Source of the DNA: Anaerolineae bacterium
Lineage (GTDB): Bacteria; Chloroflexota; Anaerolineae; B4-G1; DUEL01
NCBI GenBank assembly: GCA_041082215.1
Contig: JBDOIF010000093.1
Location: 5,504-69,503, forward strand
DNA length: 64,000 nucleotides
Reading direction: 5' to 3'
Made by a program: the position numbers and the translations under genes. The notes under the pieces are model-generated. The model did not search any database and was not told where the DNA came from. It saw only the letters and a list, made by a program, of their open reading frames with translations. Below are positions 43,294 to 52,218 of this stretch, piece after piece; within the stretch, counting starts at the first letter, position 1; each line of letters begins with the position of its first letter.

Positions 43294-44982
43294 CTAGATG
43301 CCTTCCGACTCGTCCTCCCCCCTCAACACCGCCCGGCCCCGGGCCAGCACCGCCTCCGGTTCCTCCTCCCGCACCCCCATCTCGGCGTAGAACTCGGGGG
43401 TACCATAGGTGCGGGTGCGGACCACCACCGGCATCGGTACGGCGTGGCCCAATACCAGTGCCTGCTGGCGGGTATCCAGCCGGGCCAGCACCTCCCGCAG
43501 CGGCTGGCTTCCGGCGATGCCGGAGAAGACCGCCCGGATGTCCGCCTCGTCGTCCAGGAGGCAGGTGACGCGGGTGCCGATCTGGCTCATCACCTCCGGG
43601 TCAATGCCGCTGGGCCGCTGGTCCACGATGAGCAGGGTGACGTTGTACTTGCGCAGCTCCCGGGCGATGGTGCCGAAGATGGTGTGGCGGGCAACGGCGG
43701 GGTCGAGGAACTTGTGGGCCTCCTCGACGGTGATGATCAGCGGGCGCGGCTCCTCCCCACCCCTGCCCAGCGCCGCCTCCTTACGCTCCACATAATGGGC
43801 GTGGATACGGCGGGTGATGTAGTTGGCCGCCAGGATGTAGGCCTCGAGGCTGTTGCCGAACCGCCCGAACTCCAGCACCACACTGATCCCCCGGTCCAGG
43901 TACTTCAGAATCTGGCTCACGGGGTCCTCCTCCACTTTCGGCTGGAGAAACTCGAAGCGGCGGAACATCCCCAACTTGCGCTGGATCGCCCCCAGGGTCC
44001 CACCGTGGAGTGTGCCCCGCTCCAGCGCCTCGTCCAGGTCCTCCAGCCGGTCCTCCTCATTCAGCAGCCGGGCGATCCATCCCGGCCCCAGCCTGCGGCG
44101 GAGGAAGTAGAGGGCGCCCACCTGCACGTCGGTGAGATCCATCAGCCCGGAGAGGCTGTCCACGTCCTCCGGCTCGATCTGGTCGTACCCGATGCGGACG
44201 ACGCCGTCCACCTTGCTGCCGCGCCGACGGGAGGAGTCCGGGTCGAGGGTGAAGACGGAGACCTCGCCGGTGGGGAAGAGCTGGCGAAGCCCTTTGATCT
44301 CCCGCCGGGCCTCGTCCTGGCTCTTCCAGCCGTACTCGTTGTGCATGTCGAAGATCAGGTTGACCGCCACCCGCTGGTGGATGATGCCAGCCAGCAGGAG
44401 GCGGGTGAGGAAGGTCTTGCCGGTGCCGGTCTTGCCGAAGACCCCCGCCGACCGTTCGACGAAGCGGTTGAGGTCGAGCGCCACGTGGACCCCCTCCATT
44501 TCCAGCGGGTCGCCGATGTAGAAGTAGCCCGGCCGGCTCTCCTGGCCGAAGATGAGGGCCACGTCCTCCTCGCTGGCAGTGTAGACGGGGGCGAAGTGGG
44601 CGGGGATGGTTTTGACCGGCTTCGGCTCGTCGCTCCCTTCCTCCACCATCAGCATCGGCGCGACGTGGATGCGGCCGAAGGTGGAGGTGCCCTCGTGAAC
44701 CCGGGCGATGAAGGGGTCGGATACATCGGGCGGGGTCTTCTCGATGAAGGGGTTGGTGGCATCCAGGGCCACGTCGTTGATGATGGAAAAGAACCGGCGG
44801 CCGGAGCGGCCGTGGATAACCACATACCGTCCCACCGCCAGCCCCTCGATCTGGGTCTGGGGGTCGAGTTTCACTTCCAGCCCCCTGGAAAGGCTCCCCC
44901 CCACGACGATGCCCAGCCGCTGGGCAGGGGCAGGCTCAGGGGCGCGAGGGAACCATCGGTCCAGCTCTTCTGAATGGGCCAT
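43294..44982 (-). CDS. herA: HerA-like ATPase/helicase (DUF87, FtsK-HerA superfamily) with N-terminal HAS-barrel
   Basis: An N-terminal barrel region (LGIVVGGSLSRGLEVKL...VGRYVVIHG) is followed by a Walker A motif (GKTGTGKTFL), the helical insert and a Walker B motif (LLIVDQ). Confidence 0.8.
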   Translation of the reverse strand: MAHSEELDRWFPRAPEPAPAQRLGIVVGGSLSRGLEVKLDPQTQIEGLAVGRYVVIHGRSGRRFFSIINDVALDATNPFIEKTPPDVSDPFIARVHEGTSTFGRIHVAPMLMVEEGSDEPKPVKTIPAHFAPVYTASEEDVALIFGQESRPGYFYIGDPLEMEGVHVALDLNRFVERSAGVFGKTGTGKTFLTRLLLAGIIHQRVAVNLIFDMHNEYGWKSQDEARREIKGLRQLFPTGEVSVFTLDPDSSRRRGSKVDGVVRIGYDQIEPEDVDSLSGLMDLTDVQVGALYFLRRRLGPGWIARLLNEEDRLEDLDEALERGTLHGGTLGAIQRKLGMFRRFEFLQPKVEEDPVSQILKYLDRGISVVLEFGRFGNSLEAYILAANYITRRIHAHYVERKEAALGRGGEEPRPLIITVEEAHKFLDPAVARHTIFGTIARELRKYNVTLLIVDQRPSGIDPEVMSQIGTRVTCLLDDEADIRAVFSGIAGSQPLREVLARLDTRQQALVLGHAVPMPVVVRTRTYGTPEFYAEMGVREEEPEAVLARGRAVLRGEDESEGI

Positions 44983-44985
44983 CGG

Positions 44986-45426
44986 TCACTTCTCCTCCAA
45001 TACGCCCAGGCGCTTCAGGTAGGCAGCGATATACCTGGCGAACTCCCGGAAGTCGGCACTTCCGTGTTGGAGGTGCTCATAGACCTTTTCCGGGTCCACC
45101 CGGAGATATTCATGCACCAGGATGTTTCGGAAGCCAACGATAGGAGCCAACCGGTGGGCAAAGTCCTCAGGAAGCACGCCTGCCTTTCCCAGAGCCTCGA
45201 TCGCCTCCCGGTAGTCCTGAATACGGTATGAGAAATCAGCAGTGATGATGTGTACGGCGATGTCTGCTATAGCCTGCGCCCCAAGCTGAAGGCTGTGCTG
45301 GATCGCGCGGTACTTCACGAAATCAGAAAGGATATCCGCGAAGGAGAAGGCACGGTAATGGTCCAATTCGGCGGCATAAGCCTCCAGGGCCTCCAACCGC
45401 TCCAGCACGGTCTCTTTATCTACCAT
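44986..45426 (-). CDS. hepT: HepT-like (DUF86) nucleotidyltransferase-substrate-binding toxin
   Basis: RNILVHEY (Rx4HxY) motif. It overlaps the upstream MNT gene by 11 nt. Confidence 0.8.
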   Translation of the reverse strand: MVDKETVLERLEALEAYAAELDHYRAFSFADILSDFVKYRAIQHSLQLGAQAIADIAVHIITADFSYRIQDYREAIEALGKAGVLPEDFAHRLAPIVGFRNILVHEYLRVDPEKVYEHLQHGSADFREFARYIAAYLKRLGVLEEK

Positions 45427-45859
45427 CGGCTCCTCCGGCCAGCAGACGCTGAAGAAGATACTTCTCCTTTATCCGGCGCAATGGTTTCGTGTCTATGTAA
45501 TCCCTGATCGCTCTCACCTCAAACCGCTCACGGGTTACCGGGTCCCGGCAGTGTAACAATCGTCCGTCCCGGTACACCCGGTGGCGAAGGAGAGGGGAGG
45601 CGTCGGCCAGATCGGCCACATAGACGTCGTCCCTATTGAACAGGCCGACGAGTTCTCCGATGAGCGCCAGGAGCCGATCGAACCGCTCCCCCTCCGGCAC
45701 GTCCGGGCCGAAGAGCACGGCGATGTCCACATCGGAGAGGGGGCCGGCATCGCCGCGGGCCTGGGAGCCGTAGAGGTAGGCCAGCACGACCCCGTACCGC
45801 TCGAAGATGGACCGCAGCCGCTCCTCATAGGGGCCCAAATCGCCCAGCGGGCCGCTCAT
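45416..45859 (-). CDS. mntA: MNT-type nucleotidyltransferase antitoxin
   Basis: YLYGSQARGDAGPLSDVDIAVLF is the GSx9-13DxD NTase motif. Confidence 0.8.
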   Translation of the reverse strand: MSGPLGDLGPYEERLRSIFERYGVVLAYLYGSQARGDAGPLSDVDIAVLFGPDVPEGERFDRLLALIGELVGLFNRDDVYVADLADASPLLRHRVYRDGRLLHCRDPVTRERFEVRAIRDYIDTKPLRRIKEKYLLQRLLAGGADGR

Positions 45860-46467
45860 CCCAGCCCCTCCCTCAACCTGCGGAGCAGCCCATCCAGCCG
45901 CAAGAGGTCGCCTGCCAGCAGCCGGGCCAGCTCCCGCCCTGCCTCAACCAGGAAATCCGCCCGCTCCTGTGGAGGGCGGGCTGCCGCCGCCACCCGGAGG
46001 CTGGTCGCCAGAAGCTCATCGGCGGGGATGCCGGGGGCGTCCAGCACCAGCCGGAAGTAATCGAACCGCTGGGTGAAGGACACCACCTCGTCGGGGCTGC
46101 ACTGGTAGAGAACATCCATCATCACTGGCGGCTGAGGGGGGATGCGGTGGAAAATGCGGTCCCCCTCCCGATACCCCACCGCCAGCACGCCCACCTCGAT
46201 GGGCACCTGCCGGTTGAACCGCTGGTCGAGGACGGCCTCCTCCTCTGGCGATTCGAGCAGCGCCAGATGGCGCATCATCAGGTCGTCCTCCACCGCCACA
46301 TCGTAGATCAGGCCGTAGACAAAGGTCCCCTGGGCGTGGCCTCTGGCCCGCACGAACGAGCCGAAGGCGGGGATATCGGGCTGCATCACCCGGCAGCCGA
46401 CGACGAACCCCTGGTTGGAGACCCGCATCACACGTCCGACCGGAATGGTAGTGTTGCCCATTACCAT
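45856..46467 (-). CDS. hypothetical protein with HAS-barrel-like N-terminus
   Basis: IPVGRVMRVSNQGFVVGCRV...GSFVRARG...GLIYDV resembles the N-terminal barrel of HerA-family proteins. It is translationally coupled to nurA upstream and MNT downstream. Confidence 0.4.
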   Translation of the reverse strand: MVMGNTTIPVGRVMRVSNQGFVVGCRVMQPDIPAFGSFVRARGHAQGTFVYGLIYDVAVEDDLMMRHLALLESPEEEAVLDQRFNRQVPIEVGVLAVGYREGDRIFHRIPPQPPVMMDVLYQCSPDEVVSFTQRFDYFRLVLDAPGIPADELLATSLRVAAAARPPQERADFLVEAGRELARLLAGDLLRLDGLLRRLREGLG

Positions 46468-47639
46468 CTCCCTCCGGTGAACTCGATCCTCCGCCTCCCC
46501 CCCCGGGTCAGCCGCTTGTAGTGGGCCTTGGGGGAGAGCGCGGCGGGAAGGCCAGCGGAAAGCAGGGCTGCCTCGATCATCTCCTCCAGCCGCTCCCGCT
46601 CCGGCCCGCTGATGTAGGCCAGCTCGTCGGCGCGGGCCAGCACGTAGGGGAAGCCGCCGGCAATACGGCTCTGGGCCACCACCCCGCCGTGCACCAGCGC
46701 CAGCAGGTCGGGCGTCTCCGCCGCCCAGCGGGGCAGCTCCACCCGGGCGATCACCGGCTCCTCCCCCTCCGAAGCAACGTTCAGGTAGAAGAACAGGACC
46801 TCATGCCCGTGCTCCCGATAGGTCTGATTGACGGAGCCGGGGGCGGCGAAGAGGGCTGAACGGGCCCCCGGCGGGAGAAAGGAGAAGATCGCCCGGTCCG
46901 GCACCCGCTCCAGCGGGTTGGGCTCCGCGTCCGCCCGCTCCTTCCTGCCGTCACAGAGGGCAAGGTGGAGAAGCAGGCCGACCTCGGCGGAGCGAGGGCG
47001 ACTGGTAAAGGCGGCCAGCGCCGCTCCCCTGCGCCGGATACGGTCCATTTCATCCAGATAAGACCGGATATGCCTGGCCCTGGATTCGGAGGGAAGGTCC
47101 TCCAGCACCCAGAGCAGGAGCGTGCCGTCTATCAGAGCCAGCACAGGCCCTTCCCCTGCCGCCTCGACCCGGTCGGCCAGATGGGCGATCTCCGCCCGGT
47201 CCCGCCGCACGTCCAGGAGGTTGCCCTGGACCAGCAACCGCCCTTCGTAGAGGTCTTTTTCTTCATAAAAGAGGTGAGGGACAGAACGGGGTTCGGGGGT
47301 TTCGCCGCTTCCGTGCCGGTAGGCCAGGCTGCCGACGTTGATCACGTAGTAGAGGGCAACTCCGTGCCGGTCCGGCCCGATCTGGGAGCCATCGGCGCCG
47401 ATGGCGGTGAACCGCTCCGGCAGAGGGGGGAGGGAGAACACACCGTTGAGCGGCTCGTGGGCAGGGACGGCGGCTCCCACTTCGGCGGCAGCGGCCTGCA
47501 GCCCGGTCCCCCGGTCGGCAAACTGGTCCAGCCAGGCGCGGGCTTTTGCCACCAGCTGGCCGAAGTCTTCCTGCTGGCGGGCCAGCGCCTGGCCCATCTC
47601 CTGCACCCTCTGCACCAGTTGGCTCAGCCCCAGCGTCAC
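46461..47639 (-). CDS. nurA: NurA-like 5'-3' nuclease
   Basis: RNase H-like fold with the FTAIGADGSQIGP motif (NurA IDGS). It is co-oriented with herA and mre11. Confidence 0.65.
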   Translation of the reverse strand: MTLGLSQLVQRVQEMGQALARQQEDFGQLVAKARAWLDQFADRGTGLQAAAAEVGAAVPAHEPLNGVFSLPPLPERFTAIGADGSQIGPDRHGVALYYVINVGSLAYRHGSGETPEPRSVPHLFYEEKDLYEGRLLVQGNLLDVRRDRAEIAHLADRVEAAGEGPVLALIDGTLLLWVLEDLPSESRARHIRSYLDEMDRIRRRGAALAAFTSRPRSAEVGLLLHLALCDGRKERADAEPNPLERVPDRAIFSFLPPGARSALFAAPGSVNQTYREHGHEVLFFYLNVASEGEEPVIARVELPRWAAETPDLLALVHGGVVAQSRIAGGFPYVLARADELAYISGPERERLEEMIEAALLSAGLPAALSPKAHYKRLTRGGRRRIEFTGGRW

Positions 47640-47725
47640 CTCTTCCCCCTTCCAGGTCCATTATACTTTGAGACGGGGGGAGGGGCAAGGGAGAGGGTGA
47701 GTGGGTGACTGGATGACTGGACGGC

Positions 47726-47754
47726 TTGACAAATTGGAGAAGTGGGTGTATACT
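47726..47754 (+). promoter_or_regulatory. consensus sigma70 promoter TTGACA-17-TATACT
   Basis: ttgacaaattggagaagtgggtgtatact, 40 bp upstream of the fmdB start. Confidence 0.7.
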
Positions 47755-47793
47755 ATACCCCAGTAGAGTATATAAAGATCGAGGAGGGAGTGT

Positions 47794-47988
47794 ATGCCGA
47801 TTTACGAATACCGTTGCCGGAAGTGTGGGGAACGGTTCGAGAAGTTCGTCCGTTCCCTGGCGGCCCAGCAGAGCGTGGAGTGCCCCCGCTGCGGGAGCCA
47901 GGAGGTGGAGAAGGCGGTTTCCCTCTTCGGAGTCGGCGGCGGCTCCCGCCCTTCCAGTTCCGGTTCCTGCTCCACGGGGTCGCTCTGA
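47794..47988 (+). CDS. FmdB-family zinc-ribbon protein
   Basis: MPIYEYRCRKCGERFE...CPRCGS. Confidence 0.85.
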   Translation: MPIYEYRCRKCGERFEKFVRSLAAQQSVECPRCGSQEVEKAVSLFGVGGGSRPSSSGSCSTGSL

Positions 47989-48034
47989 GGGGTCTCATAG
48001 GAGGGCCGTGAGTCCTCCAGGGATGGAAAGGACA

Positions 48035-48301
48035 ATGGCGATTCGGGATCCAGAGGTCAAGGCCGATCTGCTCAGACGGCTGCGCCGTATTGAGGGGCAG
48101 ACCCGGGGCGTGGCCCGTATGATCGAGGACGGCCGGGACTGCCAGGAGGTCCTCCAGCAACTGGCAGCGATCCGCTCCGCAGTCTACCAGGCCAGCCTGC
48201 GCCTGATGCGCTCCTTCGCCGTCGAATGCATCGAGGCCTCTAACGAATCACCCCGGGAGGCGGTGGAGGCGCTCATCCAGGCGCTCTCCCGCATCTCCTA
48301 G
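48035..48301 (+). CDS. CsoR/RcnR-family (DUF156) metal-sensing transcriptional repressor
   Basis: [49 protein letters not shown]...VEC. The true gene is the C-terminal 88 aa of the ORF-track entry. Confidence 0.75.
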   Translation: MAIRDPEVKADLLRRLRRIEGQTRGVARMIEDGRDCQEVLQQLAAIRSAVYQASLRLMRSFAVECIEASNESPREAVEALIQALSRIS

Positions 48302-48399
48302 CCCAATGGCGCTTATGTTGTGAAAAAGGACGCGGGGAAACCCCGTGTCCTGCATGTCCCTGTGGTCAAGCGATCAAATTCAATAAGGAGGTTTTTCCG

Positions 48400-49053
48400 A
48401 TGGCTTTGTTAGACGAAAACATACGGCAGCAGGTGGTGGAGTTCCTGAAAGACCTCGCCGGCCCGGTCCGGCTGGTGGTGTTCACCCAGGAGTTTGAATG
48501 TGAGTACTGTGTCGAGACCCGTCAGTTGGCGGAGGAGCTGGGCGAGCTTTCCGACCGGATCTCGGTAGAGGTGTACGACTTCCAGAGCGACGCGGAGAAG
48601 GCGGGGGAGCTGGGGATTGATAAGATCCCGGCCATCGCTGTCATCGGCGCGGAGGACTACGGGGTCCGCTTTTACGGCATCCCCTCCGGCTACGAGTTCA
48701 CCTCCCTGCTCCACGCCATCCGCACGGTAGCGGCGGGGAAGCCGGAGCTGAGCGAAGAGGGCAAGCGGTTCCTCGCCACAGTTGACCGGCCGCTCCACAT
48801 CCAGGTCTTCGTCACCCCCACATGCCCTTACTGCCCGCAGGCGGTAACGCTGGCCCATCAGATGGCCATCGCCAGCCCCCACGTGCGGGCGGACATGGTG
48901 GAGGCGATGGAGTTCCCGCATCTGGCGATCAAGTACCAGGTGATGGGCGTGCCTCGCACAGTGATCAACGAGACGGTGCACATCGAAGGGGCTGCGCCGG
49001 AGCTGATGGTGCTGGATAAGGTGCGGGAAGCGCTGGAGGGCGGAGAGGCGTAA
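48400..49053 (+). CDS. protein disulfide oxidoreductase, two thioredoxin-fold units (glutaredoxin-like, Pyrococcus PDO type)
   Basis: Active sites CEYC and CPYC lie in two tandem Trx-fold halves. Confidence 0.85.
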   Translation: MALLDENIRQQVVEFLKDLAGPVRLVVFTQEFECEYCVETRQLAEELGELSDRISVEVYDFQSDAEKAGELGIDKIPAIAVIGAEDYGVRFYGIPSGYEFTSLLHAIRTVAAGKPELSEEGKRFLATVDRPLHIQVFVTPTCPYCPQAVTLAHQMAIASPHVRADMVEAMEFPHLAIKYQVMGVPRTVINETVHIEGAAPELMVLDKVREALEGGEA

Positions 49054-49057
49054 GGCT

Positions 49058-50068
49058 ATGGAGATCAAACCTCTGATCCCGGGTCTGGAACTGGTGAAGG
49101 GGGCGCCGGAGAAGGGGGAGCGTCCGGACGTATATGACCTGCTCATCCTTGGCGCGGGGCCGGCCGGGCTGACAGCCGCCGTCTACGCCGGCCGTGCGCG
49201 CCTCAGCACGCTGGTGATCGCCGGACCCCTGCCGGGCGGAGAGCCGACGAACACCGACATGGTGGAGAACTACCCCGGCTTCCCCGAAGGGATCGCCGGG
49301 ACGGAGCTGGCAGACCGGTTCCAGGCCCAGGCCAGGCGGTTCGGAGCGCAGATCGTCCTCGAGGAAGCGACGGCGGTGGACTTTTCCCACCGTCCCTTCA
49401 CCGTTCAGACCTATGGAGCTACCTACAGGGGAAGGGCGGTTATCGTCGCCACCGGCGTGGAGCCGCGTCGCCTGGGAGTGCCCGGCGAGGACCGGTTCTT
49501 CGGCCGGGGGGTATCCGCCTGCGCCACCTGCGACGGCTTCTTCTACAAGGACAAGCGGGTGGTGGTGGTCGGCGGCGGCGACAGCGCCATCGTCGAAGGG
49601 CTCTACCTGACCCGGTTTGCCCGTGAGGTCGTCGTCGTCCACCGCCGGGACCAACTGCGGGCGGCCAAGGTCCACCAGGAGCGGGCCTTCGCCAACCCCA
49701 GGATGCGCTTCGTGTGGGACAGCGTGGTGGAGGAGATCCTGGGGGAACAGACGGTGGCCGGTGTGCGGGTGCGCAATGTGAAGACCGGCGAGAGTTCGGA
49801 GATCGAGGCCGACGGGGTGTTCGTCTACATCGGCGTGGTGCCGAAAACCGGCCTCTTCGTCGGCCAGCTGGAGATGGACAGGCAGGGGTACATCGTCACC
49901 GACCGGCATCAGCGGACCAGCGTGCCGGGGGTGTTCGCTGCCGGCGATGCGCAGGACCCCGAATACCGTCAGGTGGTGGTCGCTGCCAGCACCGGGGCGA
50001 TCGCTGCGATGGAAGCGGAACGGTTCCTGACCGAATACTGGCAGACGCCTTTTGCGGAAAGCTCCTGA
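49058..50068 (+). CDS. trxB: thioredoxin-disulfide reductase
   Basis: GAGPAG, the CATC redox-active disulfide and GGGDSA NADPH-binding motifs. Confidence 0.92.
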   Translation: MEIKPLIPGLELVKGAPEKGERPDVYDLLILGAGPAGLTAAVYAGRARLSTLVIAGPLPGGEPTNTDMVENYPGFPEGIAGTELADRFQAQARRFGAQIVLEEATAVDFSHRPFTVQTYGATYRGRAVIVATGVEPRRLGVPGEDRFFGRGVSACATCDGFFYKDKRVVVVGGGDSAIVEGLYLTRFAREVVVVHRRDQLRAAKVHQERAFANPRMRFVWDSVVEEILGEQTVAGVRVRNVKTGESSEIEADGVFVYIGVVPKTGLFVGQLEMDRQGYIVTDRHQRTSVPGVFAAGDAQDPEYRQVVVAASTGAIAAMEAERFLTEYWQTPFAESS

Positions 50069-50128
50069 AAACCCCGGTGACTGTTGTGACTTCTGCCAGA
50101 TGGGCAAAGAGAACCTGGAGAGACGCCA

Positions 50129-50335
50129 ATGCCTGAACACCCACCCCCACCGACGATCCCCCGGGTTGACGAGCGCCGCTGCCGGGCCTGTCGGCAGTGC
50201 GCGGCGCGGAAGGTCTGTCGGGTCAAGGCGCTGGTCGCCCTCGACCCCGGCGAGCCGCCGTTTGTGGATGGCAACCGCTGTTATGGATGTCTGATCTGCA
50301 TACCGGCCTGTCCATATGAGGCCATTACGGCTTAA
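50129..50335 (+). CDS. 2x[4Fe-4S] ferredoxin
   Basis: CRACRQCAARKVC and CYGCLICIPACP cluster motifs. Confidence 0.8.
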   Translation: MPEHPPPPTIPRVDERRCRACRQCAARKVCRVKALVALDPGEPPFVDGNRCYGCLICIPACPYEAITA

Positions 50336-50352
50336 CCGAGGAGGAGGCAACC

Positions 50353-50610
50353 GTGAAAGCCTGGCGTTACCGGATCACCCTTCATGCTGCGGCCGACATC
50401 CTGGAGGCGCTGCCCGAGCCTGTGGAGCAGGTGCCTCCTATGATCTTCTGCGACGAAGAGGGCGCCTGTTACTTCGATGCGGGACCGAACCCTCTTACCC
50501 AGGCCATCGAGCGCGTGCTGAACCGGATGGGAGAAGGGGGTTGGGAACTGGTGCAGGTCGCTTTCCGGCCGACGCAGATGATCTGCCTGTGGAAACAACC
50601 CCAATCCTGA
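50353..50610 (+). CDS. hypothetical small protein (DUF4177-like?)
   Basis: GGAGG RBS and a MKAWRYRI... N-terminus. The assignment is tentative. Confidence 0.45.
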   Translation: MKAWRYRITLHAAADILEALPEPVEQVPPMIFCDEEGACYFDAGPNPLTQAIERVLNRMGEGGWELVQVAFRPTQMICLWKQPQS

Positions 50611-50637
50611 CCGGGCAAGCAGGGAGCGTCCTCTGAT

Positions 50638-51780
50638 ATGGACTACGACGCGATCATCGTTGGCGCGGGGCCGGCGGGCGCGTCGGCTGCTTACTGGCTG
50701 GGGGAAGCCGGGAGACGGGTGCTGGTCCTGGAGAAGGAGCGGCTCCCCCGCTACAAGCCATGCGGCGGCGGGGTCCCCCGGTCAGTGTTCGGCCAGTTCC
50801 CGTTCGACTTCTCCCCTGTCATCGAGCGGGAGATCGGACGGGTGCGCTTCCGTTTCCGCGACGGGCGGGAGGTCGCCGCCGATCTGCCGGACCGGCCGGT
50901 GGCGATGGTGATGCGGGATCGGTTCGATTACCACCTCCTGAAGCACGCCCGTGCGGAGGTGCGGGAAGGCACTCCGGTGGTGGCGCTGTGTCAGGACAGG
51001 GACGGAGTGGAGGTGGAGGCGGCCTCCGGGGAGAGCTTCCGTGGCCGTTACCTTATCGGCGCCGACGGGGCCAACTCCCGTGTGGCGCGGCTGGCGAGCC
51101 TGCGGCGGAGCAGGCGGATGGGAGCAGCACTGGAAGCAGAGGTCCCCGCCGACGACGCACTGCTGGAGGAATACCGGGATACGGCTCTTTTCCTTTTCGG
51201 TGTGCCGCCGATGGGATATATGTGGGTCTTCCCCAAAGCGGAGCACCTTTCGGTGGGCATCGGCGCCTTTCTGGGAACGGCCTCCCCGATGCGTTCCCTC
51301 CTGCAGCAGGAAATGGCCCGGCTTGGCATCCATGTGGGTGGGCAGGATGGGCAGGGCCATCCTCTGCCGATCTACCTGCGACACGAGCCGCTCCACAGGG
51401 GCCGGGTGCTCCTGGCGGGGGATGCCGCCAGGCTGATGGACCCGCTGCTGGGGGAGGGGGTCCGTCATGCCATCCGAAGCGGACGGCTGGCGGCGGAGGC
51501 GGTGCTGGCCGGGGATCTGGAAGGGTACACCCGACGGGCACAGCGGGAGATCGGAAGCAACTTTCTCTGGGGGTTGCGCTGGGCGTGCCTGTTTTACAGG
51601 TATCCCCGCATCTGCTTCGAATTGGGCGTGCGGAACCCCCTGTTTCTGACGGAGTTCCTGCGCCTGTTCGCCGAGAACACCACCTATCGCCGTATGGCGG
51701 CCCGTGCCCCTTTCGACCTGCTGCTGGGGCTGTGGCAGCGACGGCGGGCGACGAGTGCGCAAGCAACAAGTAACAAGTAA
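50638..51780 (+). CDS. geranylgeranyl reductase family FAD-dependent oxidoreductase
   Basis: DAIIVGAGPAGASAA...LEKERLPRYKPCGGGV dinucleotide-binding motif and GDAA motif. Confidence 0.85.
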   Translation: MDYDAIIVGAGPAGASAAYWLGEAGRRVLVLEKERLPRYKPCGGGVPRSVFGQFPFDFSPVIEREIGRVRFRFRDGREVAADLPDRPVAMVMRDRFDYHLLKHARAEVREGTPVVALCQDRDGVEVEAASGESFRGRYLIGADGANSRVARLASLRRSRRMGAALEAEVPADDALLEEYRDTALFLFGVPPMGYMWVFPKAEHLSVGIGAFLGTASPMRSLLQQEMARLGIHVGGQDGQGHPLPIYLRHEPLHRGRVLLAGDAARLMDPLLGEGVRHAIRSGRLAAEAVLAGDLEGYTRRAQREIGSNFLWGLRWACLFYRYPRICFELGVRNPLFLTEFLRLFAENTTYRRMAARAPFDLLLGLWQRRRATSAQATSNK

Positions 51781-51793
51781 ACAGGAGGTAGCA

Positions 51794-52129
51794 ATGATCG
51801 GTCGAGATTATCGGGCAGTGCCACGGGAACCGGTTGACGAGGACAAATCCATCCGCTGGGTCATCGGCAAACCGGAGGGGGCGCCCAACTTTGCCATGCG
51901 GGTGATCGAGTTCCAGCCAGGGGCGGTCTTCGCGACCCACCAGCACCCCTATGAGCACGAGATCTTCGTGCTGGAGGGGGAGGGGGTGGCGGAGGGGCCG
52001 GACGGGGAGGTGCAGATGCGGCCCGGCGTGGCCCTCTACATCCCTCCCGACGAACCCCACGGCTACCGGAACACCGGGGAGAGAGTGCTGCGGTTCATCT
52101 GCGTCATCCCGCACACGAAAGGCGGATGA
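51794..52129 (+). CDS. cupin domain protein
   Basis: HQHPYEHEIFVLEGEG...PHGYRN two-His cupin motifs. An AGGAGG RBS lies upstream. Confidence 0.8.
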   Translation: MIGRDYRAVPREPVDEDKSIRWVIGKPEGAPNFAMRVIEFQPGAVFATHQHPYEHEIFVLEGEGVAEGPDGEVQMRPGVALYIPPDEPHGYRNTGERVLRFICVIPHTKGG

Positions 52130-52210
52130 CGAGCGACGGATGACGAGTGGCGTCAAACGTCAAACGTCAGGCGTCAGGCGGATGACGAATGACGAATAAC
52201 GAATGACGGA
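52118..52210. repeat. heptad repeat array: GATGACGA/TGACGAA copies flanking CGTCAAA-CGTCAAA-CGTCAGG-CGTCAGG (partly inverted symmetry)
   Basis: Read directly from the sequence. It is related to the array at 54777..54858. Confidence 0.7.
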
Positions 52211-52218
52211 GGTACCCA

